A stretch of DNA of 42,193 bases. Origin: an uncultured bacterium (GTDB lineage Bacteria > Krumholzibacteriota > Krumholzibacteriia > LZORAL124-64-63). A program made the translations under genes and the position numbers. Under the pieces are notes generated by a model that worked only from the letters and a program-made list of their open reading frames with translations, had not been told where the DNA came from and did not search any database. Each line of letters opens with the position of its first letter. The first letter of the stretch is position 1. Shown here piece after piece: positions 28,068 to 38,198 of this stretch. The stretch is taken from assembly GCA_965371575.1 (NCBI GenBank), contig CBDUYZ010000002.1, forward strand, positions 1 to 42,193, read 5' to 3'.

Positions 28068-30914
28068 GTGTCCCTGATCCTGATAGATGGTTCCGCTCTC
28101 TTCTACCGTGCGTATTACGGCTTCGCCAAGCAGCCGCTGACCGCTCCCAACGGCGAAATCACCTCGGTGGCTTTCGGTTTCTTCAACTCCATTCTGCGGT
28201 TGATCGCAACACAAGATCCCGCCAAGATAGCCGTGGTGTTCGACGTGAAGGGCAAGAACTTCCGGCATGATATTTATCCCGACTACAAGGCCAATCGCAA
28301 ACCGATGCCGAGTGAGCTCGCCGAGCAGCTGCCCCGGTTGCGGGAACTGTTGGCTGCCTGGGGAATTGCCGTCCTGGAAAAGGATGGTGTCGAGGCCGAC
28401 GACGTCATCGGTACCATGGCCCGGCGCTCAGCCGGGGTCAGTGACCAGGTCTGGCTGTACACCGGTGACAAGGATTTCATGCAGTTGCTCGACGCCCGCA
28501 TCGGGATGCTCAAGCCGACCAGGCGGGGAGGGGATCCTGCCCCGTTCACCGACGACGATGTGCGGCGTGAATACAAGCTGGAGCCCGCCTCCCTGAAGGA
28601 GGTCTTTGCACTGGCCGGTGATTCGGTTGACAACATTCCGGGTGCTCCGGGCGTCGGCGACAAGACGGCCCGAAAACTGATTCTGGAATACGGATCGCTG
28701 GAAAATCTCTATGAGGGACTTGAACAGAGCAGGCTGACGCCCCGTCTCAAGAGGGTTCTGAGTGAGAACAGGGAACAGGTCTTCCTGTCCCGGAACTTGT
28801 TCGTCATACGGCAGGATGTGGATCTGGAACTCGACTGGGAAGCCATGAGCACGGTGCTGCCGACCGGGCAGGAGGTTCGCGGGTTGCTCCAGACCCTTGG
28901 CTTGCGGCGAATCCTGGCCCAGATCGACCGGATGGCTGGGTCAGCCATGGGACAGGTCCCGGTGCAGCAGGAACCGGAAGTGAGTGCAGCTCCTGTCGCG
29001 GCGGCTGACTCCCAGCCCGCAGCCGCTGCAGAGATCTCCTGGAGAGAGCGCCGCCATGACCGCGGGTACGTGGTGCTGGACACCGACGAAAAGCTGGAGG
29101 CCTGGCTGGAAAGGAGGGATCCGCCCGCCCCCTTGGCGGTGGACACCGAAACCGACGGACTCCGTTCCGACACCTGCCGCCTGGTTGGTGTTTGTCTGGC
29201 CGGTCGGGATCGGGCCGGGCGGCGCTTGGAGCCGGCCTATGTCCCTGTACTCTGGCGCGAAGACGACGAGGCGGGCGAAATCCGGGACACGCTTTTTCCC
29301 GTCGGTAGGGAAGTCAGCCGCTTGGCATCGGTCCAGGCCGTGCTGGGTCCCGTCCTGGCCGGCGATTGTCCGAAAGTCGGCCAGAATCTCAAATTCGACG
29401 AGTGGGTGCTCGGTCGGCATGGGCTGGAGCTTGGCGGCGACCGTTTCGACACGATGCTGGCCTCATATGTGTTGGACCCCGGGCGCAGAGGTCACGGTCT
29501 CGACGACCTTGTCCTTGAATTCCTTGATCATCGGATGATGCCCTACGGCGATCTCTTCGCTCCGGGTGACCGGCTCAAGGATATCCTCTCCGTGGACATG
29601 GATCGGCTCGGTCTCTACGCCGCCGAGGATGCTGATTTTACCCTGAGGCTGTACGAAGTCTTCGAGCCGAAACTGGCTACCGCCGGCATGATCGATCTCT
29701 TCACGAATCTCGAAATGCCCGTCGCCGGCGTGTTGTTGACCATGGAACGAAACGGCATAATGGTGGATCGGCCCTTCCTGGGCAATCTGCGCGCACGGTT
29801 CGTGAAGGAGATGGACGGTCTGCAGGAGCGGATCATCGGGCTGGCCGGGGAGGACTTCAACATCCAGAGTCCCAAGCAGCTCGCGGTCATCCTGTTCGAC
29901 AAGCTGGGATTGAAACCCCTCAAAAAAACCGCAACGGGTTGGAGCACCGATGTCACGGTCCTGGCTGCTCTGGCCGAGGATCACGAACTGCCGGCTCTCA
30001 TCCTGGAGTACCGTCAGGTGGCCAAGCTTCAGAACACCTATGTGGAGACTCTGCCGCAACTCGCCAATCCCGACACGGGTCTCATTCACACCACCTACAA
30101 CCAGGCGGTCGCCGCCACCGGGCGGCTGTCCAGTTCGGAACCCAACCTGCAGAACATACCGGTGCGCACCGAATTGGGTCGTCAGATCAGGCGGGCCTTT
30201 GTCCCCCGGGCCGCGGGTAATGTCTTCCTCTCGGCGGATTATTCCCAGGTTGAACTGCGGCTGTTGGCGCATCTGGCCGACGATCCCGGCCTGTTGGCGG
30301 TGTTTCGCGAAGGCGGCGACGTGCACCGCCGAACGGCCGCTTTGATCGCCGGGATCGATGAAGACCAGGTGACGGCGGAAATGCGGAGCCGGGCCAAGGC
30401 TATCAATTTCGGGGTCATCTACGGGATGGGGTCACGGGCCCTCGCCCGACAGATCAAGGTCAAGGTGAAGGAGGCCACCGCGTTCAAAGAAACCTATTTC
30501 GAGACTTATCCCGGAGTCCGGACTTTCATCGACCGGACCAAGGAGAACGCCCATCGCGATGGTTGGGTGGAGACCCTGCTGGGCAGACGCCGCCTCCTGC
30601 CCGATATCCATTCGACCAACAATCGGGTGCGTTCCTTCCAGGAAAGGGTGGCTGTGAACACTCCCATCCAGGGAACGGCCGCTGATCTCATCAAACTGGC
30701 CATGATTCGTATACAGCAGGACCTGGACGCCTCCGATACTGGCGCCCTCCTCTTGCTGCAGGTACATGACGAGTTGGTCTTTGAAGTTCCCACCGGAGAG
30801 CTGGAGGCCCTCAAGCTTCTGGTGCGCGAGGGGATGGTGGGAGCCCTGGAACTCAAGGTTCCCCTGGTCGTGGACCTGCACACGGGTGACAACTGGGCGG
30901 AGGCCCACGGTTGA
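28068..30914 (+). CDS. polA: DNA polymerase I with all three domains (5' nuclease, 3'-5' exonuclease, polymerase)
   Basis: GTG start at 28068. The 5' nuclease region has LILIDGSALFYRAYY. The exonuclease motifs are Exo I VDTETDGL, Exo II GQNLKFDEWVL and Exo III YAAEDADFTL. The polymerase motifs are A (DYSQVELRLLAH), B (RSRAKAINFGVIYG) and C (QVHDELVFE). Confidence 0.96.
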   Translation: MSLILIDGSALFYRAYYGFAKQPLTAPNGEITSVAFGFFNSILRLIATQDPAKIAVVFDVKGKNFRHDIYPDYKANRKPMPSELAEQLPRLRELLAAWGIAVLEKDGVEADDVIGTMARRSAGVSDQVWLYTGDKDFMQLLDARIGMLKPTRRGGDPAPFTDDDVRREYKLEPASLKEVFALAGDSVDNIPGAPGVGDKTARKLILEYGSLENLYEGLEQSRLTPRLKRVLSENREQVFLSRNLFVIRQDVDLELDWEAMSTVLPTGQEVRGLLQTLGLRRILAQIDRMAGSAMGQVPVQQEPEVSAAPVAAADSQPAAAAEISWRERRHDRGYVVLDTDEKLEAWLERRDPPAPLAVDTETDGLRSDTCRLVGVCLAGRDRAGRRLEPAYVPVLWREDDEAGEIRDTLFPVGREVSRLASVQAVLGPVLAGDCPKVGQNLKFDEWVLGRHGLELGGDRFDTMLASYVLDPGRRGHGLDDLVLEFLDHRMMPYGDLFAPGDRLKDILSVDMDRLGLYAAEDADFTLRLYEVFEPKLATAGMIDLFTNLEMPVAGVLLTMERNGIMVDRPFLGNLRARFVKEMDGLQERIIGLAGEDFNIQSPKQLAVILFDKLGLKPLKKTATGWSTDVTVLAALAEDHELPALILEYRQVAKLQNTYVETLPQLANPDTGLIHTTYNQAVAATGRLSSSEPNLQNIPVRTELGRQIRRAFVPRAAGNVFLSADYSQVELRLLAHLADDPGLLAVFREGGDVHRRTAALIAGIDEDQVTAEMRSRAKAINFGVIYGMGSRALARQIKVKVKEATAFKETYFETYPGVRTFIDRTKENAHRDGWVETLLGRRRLLPDIHSTNNRVRSFQERVAVNTPIQGTAADLIKLAMIRIQQDLDASDTGALLLLQVHDELVFEVPTGELEALKLLVREGMVGALELKVPLVVDLHTGDNWAEAHG

Positions 30915-31498
30915 GGCGCTGGGTCGTCACCGGGCCGGCGGGATCGGGAAAATCCTCCCTCTGCGGGATTTTCCTCGACCGGGGAGCGGCCATCGTGGAC
31001 GGGGATCTCCTCGGTCACGAGATCCTGGACCGGGATGATATCGTGTCGGCCATTGGTGCGGAATACGGGCCCGGCGTGGTCGTCGGCGGATCCGTTGACC
31101 GTGCGGCCCTCGGAGGGCTAGTTTTTGCCGATCCGGTTGCGCTGGAACGGCTGAACGGGATCACCCACGGTCCGCTTGCCGCCCTGGCGCAAAGCCGGCT
31201 GGATAAACTGGAAAAAGAAGGCAGCCATCCCCTTGCCGTGTTCGAGGCCGCGGTCTATTTTCTTTTGCCACCGGTGCCGGGTATCGATCTGGTGATCACC
31301 GTGACGTCCTGTGAAACCATCCGCTTCTCCAGATTGACCGGTGGTGGCCTGAGTTCCCGTGAAGCGCATTCTCGAATCGCAGCGCAGCGTGCCATGGAGG
31401 ATGGTTGGGCCGGCGCGGATGTGGTTCTGACCAATGATGGTCCCCGGTCTGATTTGGAAACGTCAGCCCAAGCGCTGTGGTCTCGTCTCAAGGATTGA
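30911..31498 (+). CDS. coaE: Dephospho-CoA kinase
   Basis: The TTG at 30911 forms a TTGA overlap with the polA stop. Motifs: P-loop VVTGPAGSGKSS and IVDGDLLGHEIL. Confidence 0.85.
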   Translation: MRRWVVTGPAGSGKSSLCGIFLDRGAAIVDGDLLGHEILDRDDIVSAIGAEYGPGVVVGGSVDRAALGGLVFADPVALERLNGITHGPLAALAQSRLDKLEKEGSHPLAVFEAAVYFLLPPVPGIDLVITVTSCETIRFSRLTGGGLSSREAHSRIAAQRAMEDGWAGADVVLTNDGPRSDLETSAQALWSRLKD

Positions 31499-31563
31499 CC
31501 CCGGCGGCGATTGGTCCTATCAAAGAGTGGGATTCCTGAAGAAACCCAGAGGAGTTTGATCCC

Positions 31564-32668
31564 GTGAAGGAAATATTGGAACGCATCGACATGGCCCTGG
31601 AAAAGCTGGAAACCCTCAAGGAGGGTCTTTGACTACGCCGGGTTAAAGGTCGAACTGGAAAAATTGGAAGCCCTCCAGGTGTCTCCCGATTTCTGGAACG
31701 ACCAGGACAAGGCCTCCCGTACCCTGCGCAAGGCGCAGTCCCTGAAGCAATGGGTAGTGCCTCTGGATCAGGGCGTGGAGCAGGGTCAGGAGCTCAAACT
31801 GCTGGCCGAGATGGTTCAGGAGGAGGAAGATGAGGATTCCCGGGCCGAAGTGAAGGAAGGCCTCGGCAATCTGGAAGCCGCGGTCGAAAAGCTGGATTTC
31901 CAGTTCCTGCTGGGCGGTGAAGAGGATGAGCGGGGCGCCGTGCTGGAGATTCATCCGGGCGCCGGCGGTACCGAAAGCCAGGATTGGGCCCAGATGCTGC
32001 TGCGGATGTACAACCGGTATTTCGAGAGGCACGGGATGAAGACCAAGTCCCTGGATCTGCAGGCGGGTGACGAGGCGGGCATCAAGAGTGCAGTCCTGGA
32101 GATCGACCACCCCTTCGCTTTCGGGTACCTGAAATGCGAGTCCGGTGTGCACCGGCTGGTCCGGATTTCCCCCTTCGATTCCCAGAACCGCCGACACACG
32201 TCCTTCGCTTCTGTTTTCGTCTATCCCCTGGTCAACGACGACATTGAGGTGGAGATCGATCCCACCGTCCTGCGGATCGACACTTATCGGGCTCAGGGCG
32301 CGGGCGGTCAGCACGTCAACAAGACCGACAGCGCCATCAGGATAACACACGAACCCACCGGCATCGTCGTGCAGTGCCAGAGTGAGCGCAGCCAGCACCG
32401 GAACCGCGAAAGCGCCATGACCATGCTGCGGGCCAAGCTATACATGAAGATCATGGAGGAGAAGCAGAAGGAACGTGACGCCATAGAGGAGGAGAAGATG
32501 GAGATTGCCTGGGGCAGTCAGATCCGGTCATACGTCCTGCAACCCTATACGAAGGTCAAGGATCACCGGACCGAGTACGAAACCGGCAACTCGAACGCCG
32601 TTCTCGATGGCGATCTCGACGGATTCATTGACGCCTACCTGCGTTGGTTGGGCTCCCGGACCAGCTGA
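31564..32668 (+). CDS. prfB: Peptide chain release factor 2, made by +1 programmed frameshift: join(31564..31629, 31631..32668)
   Basis: Frame 0 runs from GTG 31564 as VKEILERIDMALEKLETLKEGL and then meets an in-frame TGA (31630..31632). The +1 frame continues as DYAGLKVELEKLEALQVSPDFWNDQ, in phase with ORF 31664..32668. The SPF motif (RISPFDSQ) and GGQ motif (QGAGGQHVNKT) are present. Confidence 0.93.
31619..31633 (+). other. prfB +1 recoding signal: internal SD-like AGGAGGG, then U, then CUU UGA C
   Basis: The sequence AGGAGGGTCTTTGAC is read directly. It has the same architecture as the E. coli prfB shift site (AGGGGG UAU CUU UGA C). Confidence 0.9.
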
Positions 32669-32714
32669 AACGGCCCGATCGCAGCCCGCCATCAGCGGCG
32701 GTGAGGAGAAGAAA

Positions 32715-34259
32715 TTGGCGAATCAGGATAACAAGCCCGCGGACGCCGCAGGCGCTTCCGGACAGGAAAGCGTCCACCACCTGATCGAGACCCGGCTGGC
32801 GAAGATGTCCGAGTTGGGCGAACAGGTCGAACTATATCCATATGCCTACGAACGCACACACACGAGCACCGAAATGAAGGCTCAAGAGGAGGCGTTGACC
32901 GCCGCGGAGCAGAAGATTGCTTTTGCGGGGAGGATCATGGCCAAGCGGGGGACCGGCAAGACGCTTTTCGTGCCGATCCAGGATGAGTGGGGAATGATCC
33001 AGGCTTATTTTCGCAAGGATGATCTGGGCGATGAGAAGTTCCGCCTGATTCAGAAGCTCATCGACATCGGGGACTGGATAGGGGTGGAAGGTACCCTCTT
33101 CCGTACGCGCACGGATGAACTGAGCATCAGGGTCGAGGATTTCACCTTCCTGGCCAAGGCCATACGGGCTCTGCCGGAGAAGTACCACGACATGAGCCTG
33201 GAGAACAGGAGTCGTCGGCGGCATCTTGACCTGGCAATGAGTCTGGGCAGTCGGGAACGCTTCAAGCGGCGCAGTGAGATCATTGCCGACATCCGGGCCT
33301 TCTTCGCGGAGGAGGAGTTCCTGGAAGTGGAGACCCCCGTGCTCCAGCCCCTTTACGGCGGAGCTACGGCGCGCCCCTTCATGACCCATCACAACGCGTT
33401 GGATATGACGCTGTACATGCGCATCGCCGATGAACTCTACCTGAAGCGTCTCATCATCGGAGGACTGGAGAAGGTTTTTGAGATAGCCAAGGATTTCCGC
33501 AACGAGGGCATGGACAGGACACACAACCCGGAATTCACCATGCTCGAATGCTATGCTGCATACTGGGACTATCACGGCATGATGGATCTGACCGAAAGGA
33601 TGTTGCGGCGTTTGGCGCTTCGCTTTGGACAGGACGGGAAACTGACCTACGGCGAGCTGGAGATTGATTTCAATCTGCCGTTCGCCCGCGTGGGTTTCAT
33701 GGACGCACTGGCTGAAAAAGCCGGTCGGGACCTGATGAACCTGGGCACCGACGAATTGAAAGTTTTGGCCCAGGGCCGCGGCGTGGAGATCAAGAAGGGC
33801 ATGGGACGGGACAAGATTCTTGACGAACTCTTCAGCGCGCTGGTCGAACCGGAACTCGTTCAGCCGACCTTCGTCATGGACCATCCCAAGGAACTGTCCC
33901 CCTTGGCCAAGGCCCATCGAAGGACCGAGGGGCTGGTGGAGCGATTCGAGCTGTTCATCGCCGGGTTCGAAGTGGCCAACAGCTTCAGCGAGTTGAATGA
34001 TCCGCGTGAGCAGCGCCGCAGGTTCGAGGATCAGAAGGCACTGATGGAGGCGGGTGACGACGAGGCCCAACCTGTCGACGAGGCTTTCCTGGAGGCCATG
34101 GAACAGGGTATGCCTCCTACCGGCGGCATGGGCCTGGGTGTAGATCGCCTGATCATGCTGCTGGTGGACACAAACAACATCCGCGACGTGCTGCTGTTTC
34201 CCCACATGCGGCCGGAACAGACGGGCCGGGAGGATCATACGGAAGGCGGCGGTACCTAG
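32715..34259 (+). CDS. lysS: Lysyl-tRNA synthetase, class II
   Basis: Lies within ORF 32505..34259. The likely TTG start at 32715 follows GAGGAG (32703..32708). The OB anticodon domain region has VAGRIMAKRG-like AFAGRIMAKRGTGK. Motif 2 is DFRNEG and motif 3 is PTGGMGLGVDRLIML. Confidence 0.9.
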   Translation: MANQDNKPADAAGASGQESVHHLIETRLAKMSELGEQVELYPYAYERTHTSTEMKAQEEALTAAEQKIAFAGRIMAKRGTGKTLFVPIQDEWGMIQAYFRKDDLGDEKFRLIQKLIDIGDWIGVEGTLFRTRTDELSIRVEDFTFLAKAIRALPEKYHDMSLENRSRRRHLDLAMSLGSRERFKRRSEIIADIRAFFAEEEFLEVETPVLQPLYGGATARPFMTHHNALDMTLYMRIADELYLKRLIIGGLEKVFEIAKDFRNEGMDRTHNPEFTMLECYAAYWDYHGMMDLTERMLRRLALRFGQDGKLTYGELEIDFNLPFARVGFMDALAEKAGRDLMNLGTDELKVLAQGRGVEIKKGMGRDKILDELFSALVEPELVQPTFVMDHPKELSPLAKAHRRTEGLVERFELFIAGFEVANSFSELNDPREQRRRFEDQKALMEAGDDEAQPVDEAFLEAMEQGMPPTGGMGLGVDRLIMLLVDTNNIRDVLLFPHMRPEQTGREDHTEGGGT

Positions 34260-35503
34260 TGGAATTCGCCGGGTACATCGCCAGGAGGTATCTGCGCAGC
34301 CGCAGGCACAGTCGATTTCTGAGTCGGGGCAGCGTGACGGCCATCCTGGGTATCGCCATCGGGGTGACCGTCCTGAACATCACCCTGGCGGTGATGAACG
34401 GTTTCCACCATGAAATGCGGCGGACCTTCGTCGAGAATATGCCGATGATTTCCATCATCACCTCGGCGCCCGAGGGATTCACCGATCTGGGCCATATCCT
34501 CGATATCGTCGGCGAGGATCCGGATGTGATCGGCGTGGCGCCTTTCATCCGGCAGGTAGGGCTTGCCACGGCCTCCCGCTCCATCGGTCCGCCCCGGATC
34601 AAGGAGATAGTGGCGTGGGGAATCGAACCCCACCTGGTTAATACCGTCCAACCCCTGAGCCGTTATCTTCTGCCTGACGCCTCCGTGCTGCACGATCTCG
34701 GAGACGATGGTGTTCCCCGTGTCATCCTGGGAGCGGATTTGGCCAATAGTCTCTATGCCGCCGTGGGGGACACGGTGGTCCTGACAACGGTCAACGGGGA
34801 ACTCGACCTGGACCGGATCGAAGCCGAAAGCCGACAGTTCGTGGTGGTCGGTTTCTTCGATACCGGCATGTTCGAATTCGACAGCCGGTTCGTCTATGTC
34901 GATCTGGCCGCGGCCCGGGATTTCTTCGGGTATGCCCCCGGCGGCGCTTCCATGATCGGAGTCAAGGTTGCCGACTTGATGCGGGCCGACCGGGTGGCCG
35001 ACCGCCTGGAGGACAAACTGGGCTACGATTACTATGCGACCGACTGGATGGCGCTCAACGCCAACCTGTTCCAGTGGATCAAGCTGGAAAAGATCATCAT
35101 GATCCTGCTGCTGGGCATGATCATCCTGATCGCCGGGTTCAACATCATCGGCATCCTGACCATGATGGTGGGGGAGCGACGCCGCGAGATAGGCATCCTG
35201 CTGGCCATGGGCGCCAAGCGACGGCAGGTCATGGGGATTTTCCTGATCAATGGGGTCTGGCTGGGCGCGGTCGGAGTGTTTTTCGGCAGTGTCGCAGGTC
35301 TGGCCGGCATATGGTTTCTCCACAGCTACGGCATCACCCTGCCTGGTGACGTGTATTTCGTTGAAACGGTTCCGGTGCTCCTGCAGTGGGGAGATTTCTT
35401 CCTGGTGGCCGGCATTAGCCTGGTGATGGCTCTGATGGCCGGTCTGTGGCCCAGCTGGGAGGCGTCCAACCTCAAACCCATGGAGATCATTCGTTACACC
35501 TGA
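34259..35503 (+). CDS. Lipoprotein-release ABC permease (LolC/LolE family, FtsX/MacB type)
   Basis: The GTG at 34259 forms a TAGTG overlap with the lysS stop. Motifs: ARRYLRSRRHSRFLS, four TM segments, a large periplasmic loop, and a C-terminal FtsX domain (ILLAMGAKRRQVMGIFL). Confidence 0.88.
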   Translation: MEFAGYIARRYLRSRRHSRFLSRGSVTAILGIAIGVTVLNITLAVMNGFHHEMRRTFVENMPMISIITSAPEGFTDLGHILDIVGEDPDVIGVAPFIRQVGLATASRSIGPPRIKEIVAWGIEPHLVNTVQPLSRYLLPDASVLHDLGDDGVPRVILGADLANSLYAAVGDTVVLTTVNGELDLDRIEAESRQFVVVGFFDTGMFEFDSRFVYVDLAAARDFFGYAPGGASMIGVKVADLMRADRVADRLEDKLGYDYYATDWMALNANLFQWIKLEKIIMILLLGMIILIAGFNIIGILTMMVGERRREIGILLAMGAKRRQVMGIFLINGVWLGAVGVFFGSVAGLAGIWFLHSYGITLPGDVYFVETVPVLLQWGDFFLVAGISLVMALMAGLWPSWEASNLKPMEIIRYT

Positions 35504-35568
35504 TCGGCGTGGTGTCCATCAGCGTGTCGTTCAGTGCGCCGTGCGAGCGGGGAAAGGCTGCGAATCCC

Positions 35569-36261
35569 ATGTCGTTCCTATTGGAAGCCAGGAACCTGTA
35601 CAAGGACTTTCCGCGGGCCGGCGGAACGGTGGAAGTTCTCCGGGATTGCCGTTTCGACTTGGCCGACCGCGAAGCCGTGGCCGTGACCGGGCCCAGCGGA
35701 TCGGGCAAGAGCACCCTGCTCAATATCCTGGGTGGACTGGACGGCCCCACTGCCGGGGAGGTTCTGCTCCGCGGCGAACTCATGGATATGAAAGATCACG
35801 CCGCCATGGCCAGCTGGCGGTCCACCGGTGTGGGATTCATATTCCAGTTCCACTTCTTGCTGCCGGATTTCACCGCCCTGGAAAACCTCCTCATACCGGT
35901 CAGGGGCCGCGGCCAGGTGCAGGCCGGGGACCGGCGGCGTGCACAGGAATTTCTTGAAATCACGGGACTTGCCGACCGGGCGAATCACCTGCCGGGAGAA
36001 CTTTCGGGTGGTGAGCAGCAGCGGGTGGCCGTGGCCCGCGCCTTCATGAACCGACCGCGTATCGTCCTGGCGGACGAACCCTTCGGTAATCTGGATCAGG
36101 AGATCGGGACCCGATTGGGTGATATGCTTTTCACCCTGCGGGAGCAGGAAGGCACCGCTCTGGTTATCGTCACCCATGATGTCCTCCTGGCAGCCCGGGC
36201 GGATCGGATCCTCAAGTTGCAGGACGGACGGCTCATACCGGCGCTGGAGATGGCGCCATGA
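35569..36261 (+). CDS. lolD: Lipoprotein-release ABC ATP-binding protein
   Basis: Lies within ORF 35446..36261, starting at ATG 35569. Motifs: Walker [10 protein letters not shown], signature [14 protein letters not shown], and Walker [13 protein letters not shown]. Confidence 0.88.
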   Translation: MSFLLEARNLYKDFPRAGGTVEVLRDCRFDLADREAVAVTGPSGSGKSTLLNILGGLDGPTAGEVLLRGELMDMKDHAAMASWRSTGVGFIFQFHFLLPDFTALENLLIPVRGRGQVQAGDRRRAQEFLEITGLADRANHLPGELSGGEQQRVAVARAFMNRPRIVLADEPFGNLDQEIGTRLGDMLFTLREQEGTALVIVTHDVLLAARADRILKLQDGRLIPALEMAP

Positions 36262-36821
36262 TTTGCCAGCGCTGCGGACAGAGGGACGCCACTGTTCACA
36301 TGGTGGAACTGATTGACGGCCGGCGGAATGACCTGTGGCTGTGTACGGTGTGTGCGGGGCGCTCCGCGGAGGACGATGAAGGCCCCCCGGGTTTCCGTGG
36401 CGGAGTTAATCCGGGCGAAGGGGACAGCGCAGGGGACAACTACTCGCTGGCCGACTTCCTGGGCCAGATTTTCGGACCCCTGGATGACGCAGACCACGCG
36501 GATCTTCCAGCCTGTCCGGCCTGCGGGTACACCTTCGCTCAATTCAGGACAACAAACCAGCTGGGCTGTCCCCGTTGTTATGAATCCTTCCGGGGACCTC
36601 TTCATTCCATATTGAGTCATCTGCACCGGCATGTTTCCCATCTCGGCAAGGCCCCACGTCCCGCCGGAGGCGAGGCCGACCGACCGGGCGTTCTCAGCCG
36701 GACCAGGGTCGCACTGGAAAAAGCCATCGCCACTGAGGAGTTCGAGAAGGCGGCCCGGCTACGGGACGAAATACAGCGCCTCGAGTCGGTCGAACCGCCG
36801 GAAGGGGATTCCGGAAGATGA
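36258..36821 (+). CDS. mcsA: McsA-like activator of protein arginine kinase (double zinc-ribbon plus UVR domain)
   Basis: ATGA overlap with the lolD stop. There are four CxxC pairs (CQRC..CTVC, CPAC..CPRC). The C-terminal UVR motif is LEKAIATEEFEKAARLRDEIQRLE. Confidence 0.8.
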   Translation: MICQRCGQRDATVHMVELIDGRRNDLWLCTVCAGRSAEDDEGPPGFRGGVNPGEGDSAGDNYSLADFLGQIFGPLDDADHADLPACPACGYTFAQFRTTNQLGCPRCYESFRGPLHSILSHLHRHVSHLGKAPRPAGGEADRPGVLSRTRVALEKAIATEEFEKAARLRDEIQRLESVEPPEGDSGR

Positions 36822-37876
36822 TTCCCTTCTTCGAGAATTTCCAGGAGCGGGGGCAGGGCCGACTGCCTGATAGCGGACCTGCCTCGGATATCGTGGTTTC
36901 CACGCGTGTGAGGCTGGCGCGGAATCTCAATGCCTTCCCTTTTCCTCATCATGCTTCCGCCGTCGAACTGGGCACCGTCTGCGGGGTCCTGACCCGAAGT
37001 CTGCCGCGGTTTCCTGAATTTTCCGGAGGCTGGCTGCTTGATATGGACCAGCTCGATGCCAATATGCGGAAAGTTCTGCTGGAGATGAGCCTGGCCAGTT
37101 CCGCGCTCATCAAGGAGCCTCGGCACCGGGGATTGGTCTTGTCACCACAGCTGGACCGGGCTGCGATGATAAATGAAAAGGATCACATCCGCCTGATGTC
37201 CTTTCGCGCGGGGTTCGACCCTTTGGCCGCCCTGCAGGACGCTTTGCAGGTTGATGCCCGGTTGGAAAATGAGGTCGAGTTGGCTTTCGCCGAGGATCTG
37301 GGCTATCTGACCGCCAGCCCGATGGATGTGGGAACCGGACTCAATGTCTCCGCGCTAGTTCATCTGCCGGGCCTGGTCTTGGTGGGTGAAATCGACAAGG
37401 TTCTCAACGCCCTGCGTCAACTCCAGTTCTCCGTCCGGGGGCTGGTGGGGGATGGCAGCACCGTTCGGGGCGCCCTGTTCTGGATCTCCAACCTGGTCAC
37501 TCTGGGCAGGGACGAGCAGGAAATTGCGGAGGATTTTCGGATTCACGTGGGGAAGGTCGTCATCTATGAACGGGCGGCCAGGGATCAATTGTACGCCCGG
37601 GATTCTCTGGGTATCGAGGATATGGTCCATCGGAGCCTGGCCACGATCAGGCGGTCCCGCCTTATTACCGCCCAGGAAACCTTCGATCATCTGTCCAATA
37701 TCAGGCTGGGTGTGGGACTGGGCGTGCTCGATCCCCTCAGTCCGGGACTATTGAACAGGGTTCTGGTGCAGCACCAGACCGCCCACCTGGAACTGGCCGC
37801 GGGCCGGCCTTTGGCCAGCCGTGAAAAATCCGCCGCCCGGGCTAACCTGTTGCGGGAAATTTTTGCCGCAGAATAG
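36818..37876 (+). CDS. mcsB: Protein arginine kinase McsB (ATP:guanido phosphotransferase family)
   Basis: ATGA overlap with the mcsA stop. Motifs: VVSTRVRLARNLNAFPFP, MINEKDHIRLMS, and SPMDVGTGLNVSALVHLPGL. Confidence 0.85.
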   Translation: MIPFFENFQERGQGRLPDSGPASDIVVSTRVRLARNLNAFPFPHHASAVELGTVCGVLTRSLPRFPEFSGGWLLDMDQLDANMRKVLLEMSLASSALIKEPRHRGLVLSPQLDRAAMINEKDHIRLMSFRAGFDPLAALQDALQVDARLENEVELAFAEDLGYLTASPMDVGTGLNVSALVHLPGLVLVGEIDKVLNALRQLQFSVRGLVGDGSTVRGALFWISNLVTLGRDEQEIAEDFRIHVGKVVIYERAARDQLYARDSLGIEDMVHRSLATIRRSRLITAQETFDHLSNIRLGVGLGVLDPLSPGLLNRVLVQHQTAHLELAAGRPLASREKSAARANLLREIFAAE

Positions 37877-38198
37877 CATGTCGGTCCGCCGCCCTGCCCA
37901 ATCAGGGGTAAAGTATCCTCGTCGAGAGGCGAAAATCTAGGAGAAGCCGGCTCTAGCAGGCGGTTGAGAAACTGGATCTGGTCGCGAGTGCCGGCCAGCG
38001 CGACCGAGCCCAGTTTTTCAACAGCCTGCCAGTCACCAGGACGGCTTACTGCAGGTTTTCGAGGCTTCGCTAGCGTTGTATTGAAGGCTCCAGTATATTT
38101 TTGCATGTGCGTTTCAACCCGTGCTTGCCGATCGACGGAGGCACAGACGGCACGGTCAGGAACAGCAACCCGGGTTACGCGAACGGAGGCGCTTCCGC

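Noticed and set aside
37687-38106. Minus-strand ORF of 139 aa starting in the mcsB-clpC spacer.
   Set aside because: It would overlap the mcsB 3' end by 190 nt, and I recognise no motif in it. I did not call it a CDS, but its spacer-resident head is noted in the findings for a database check.
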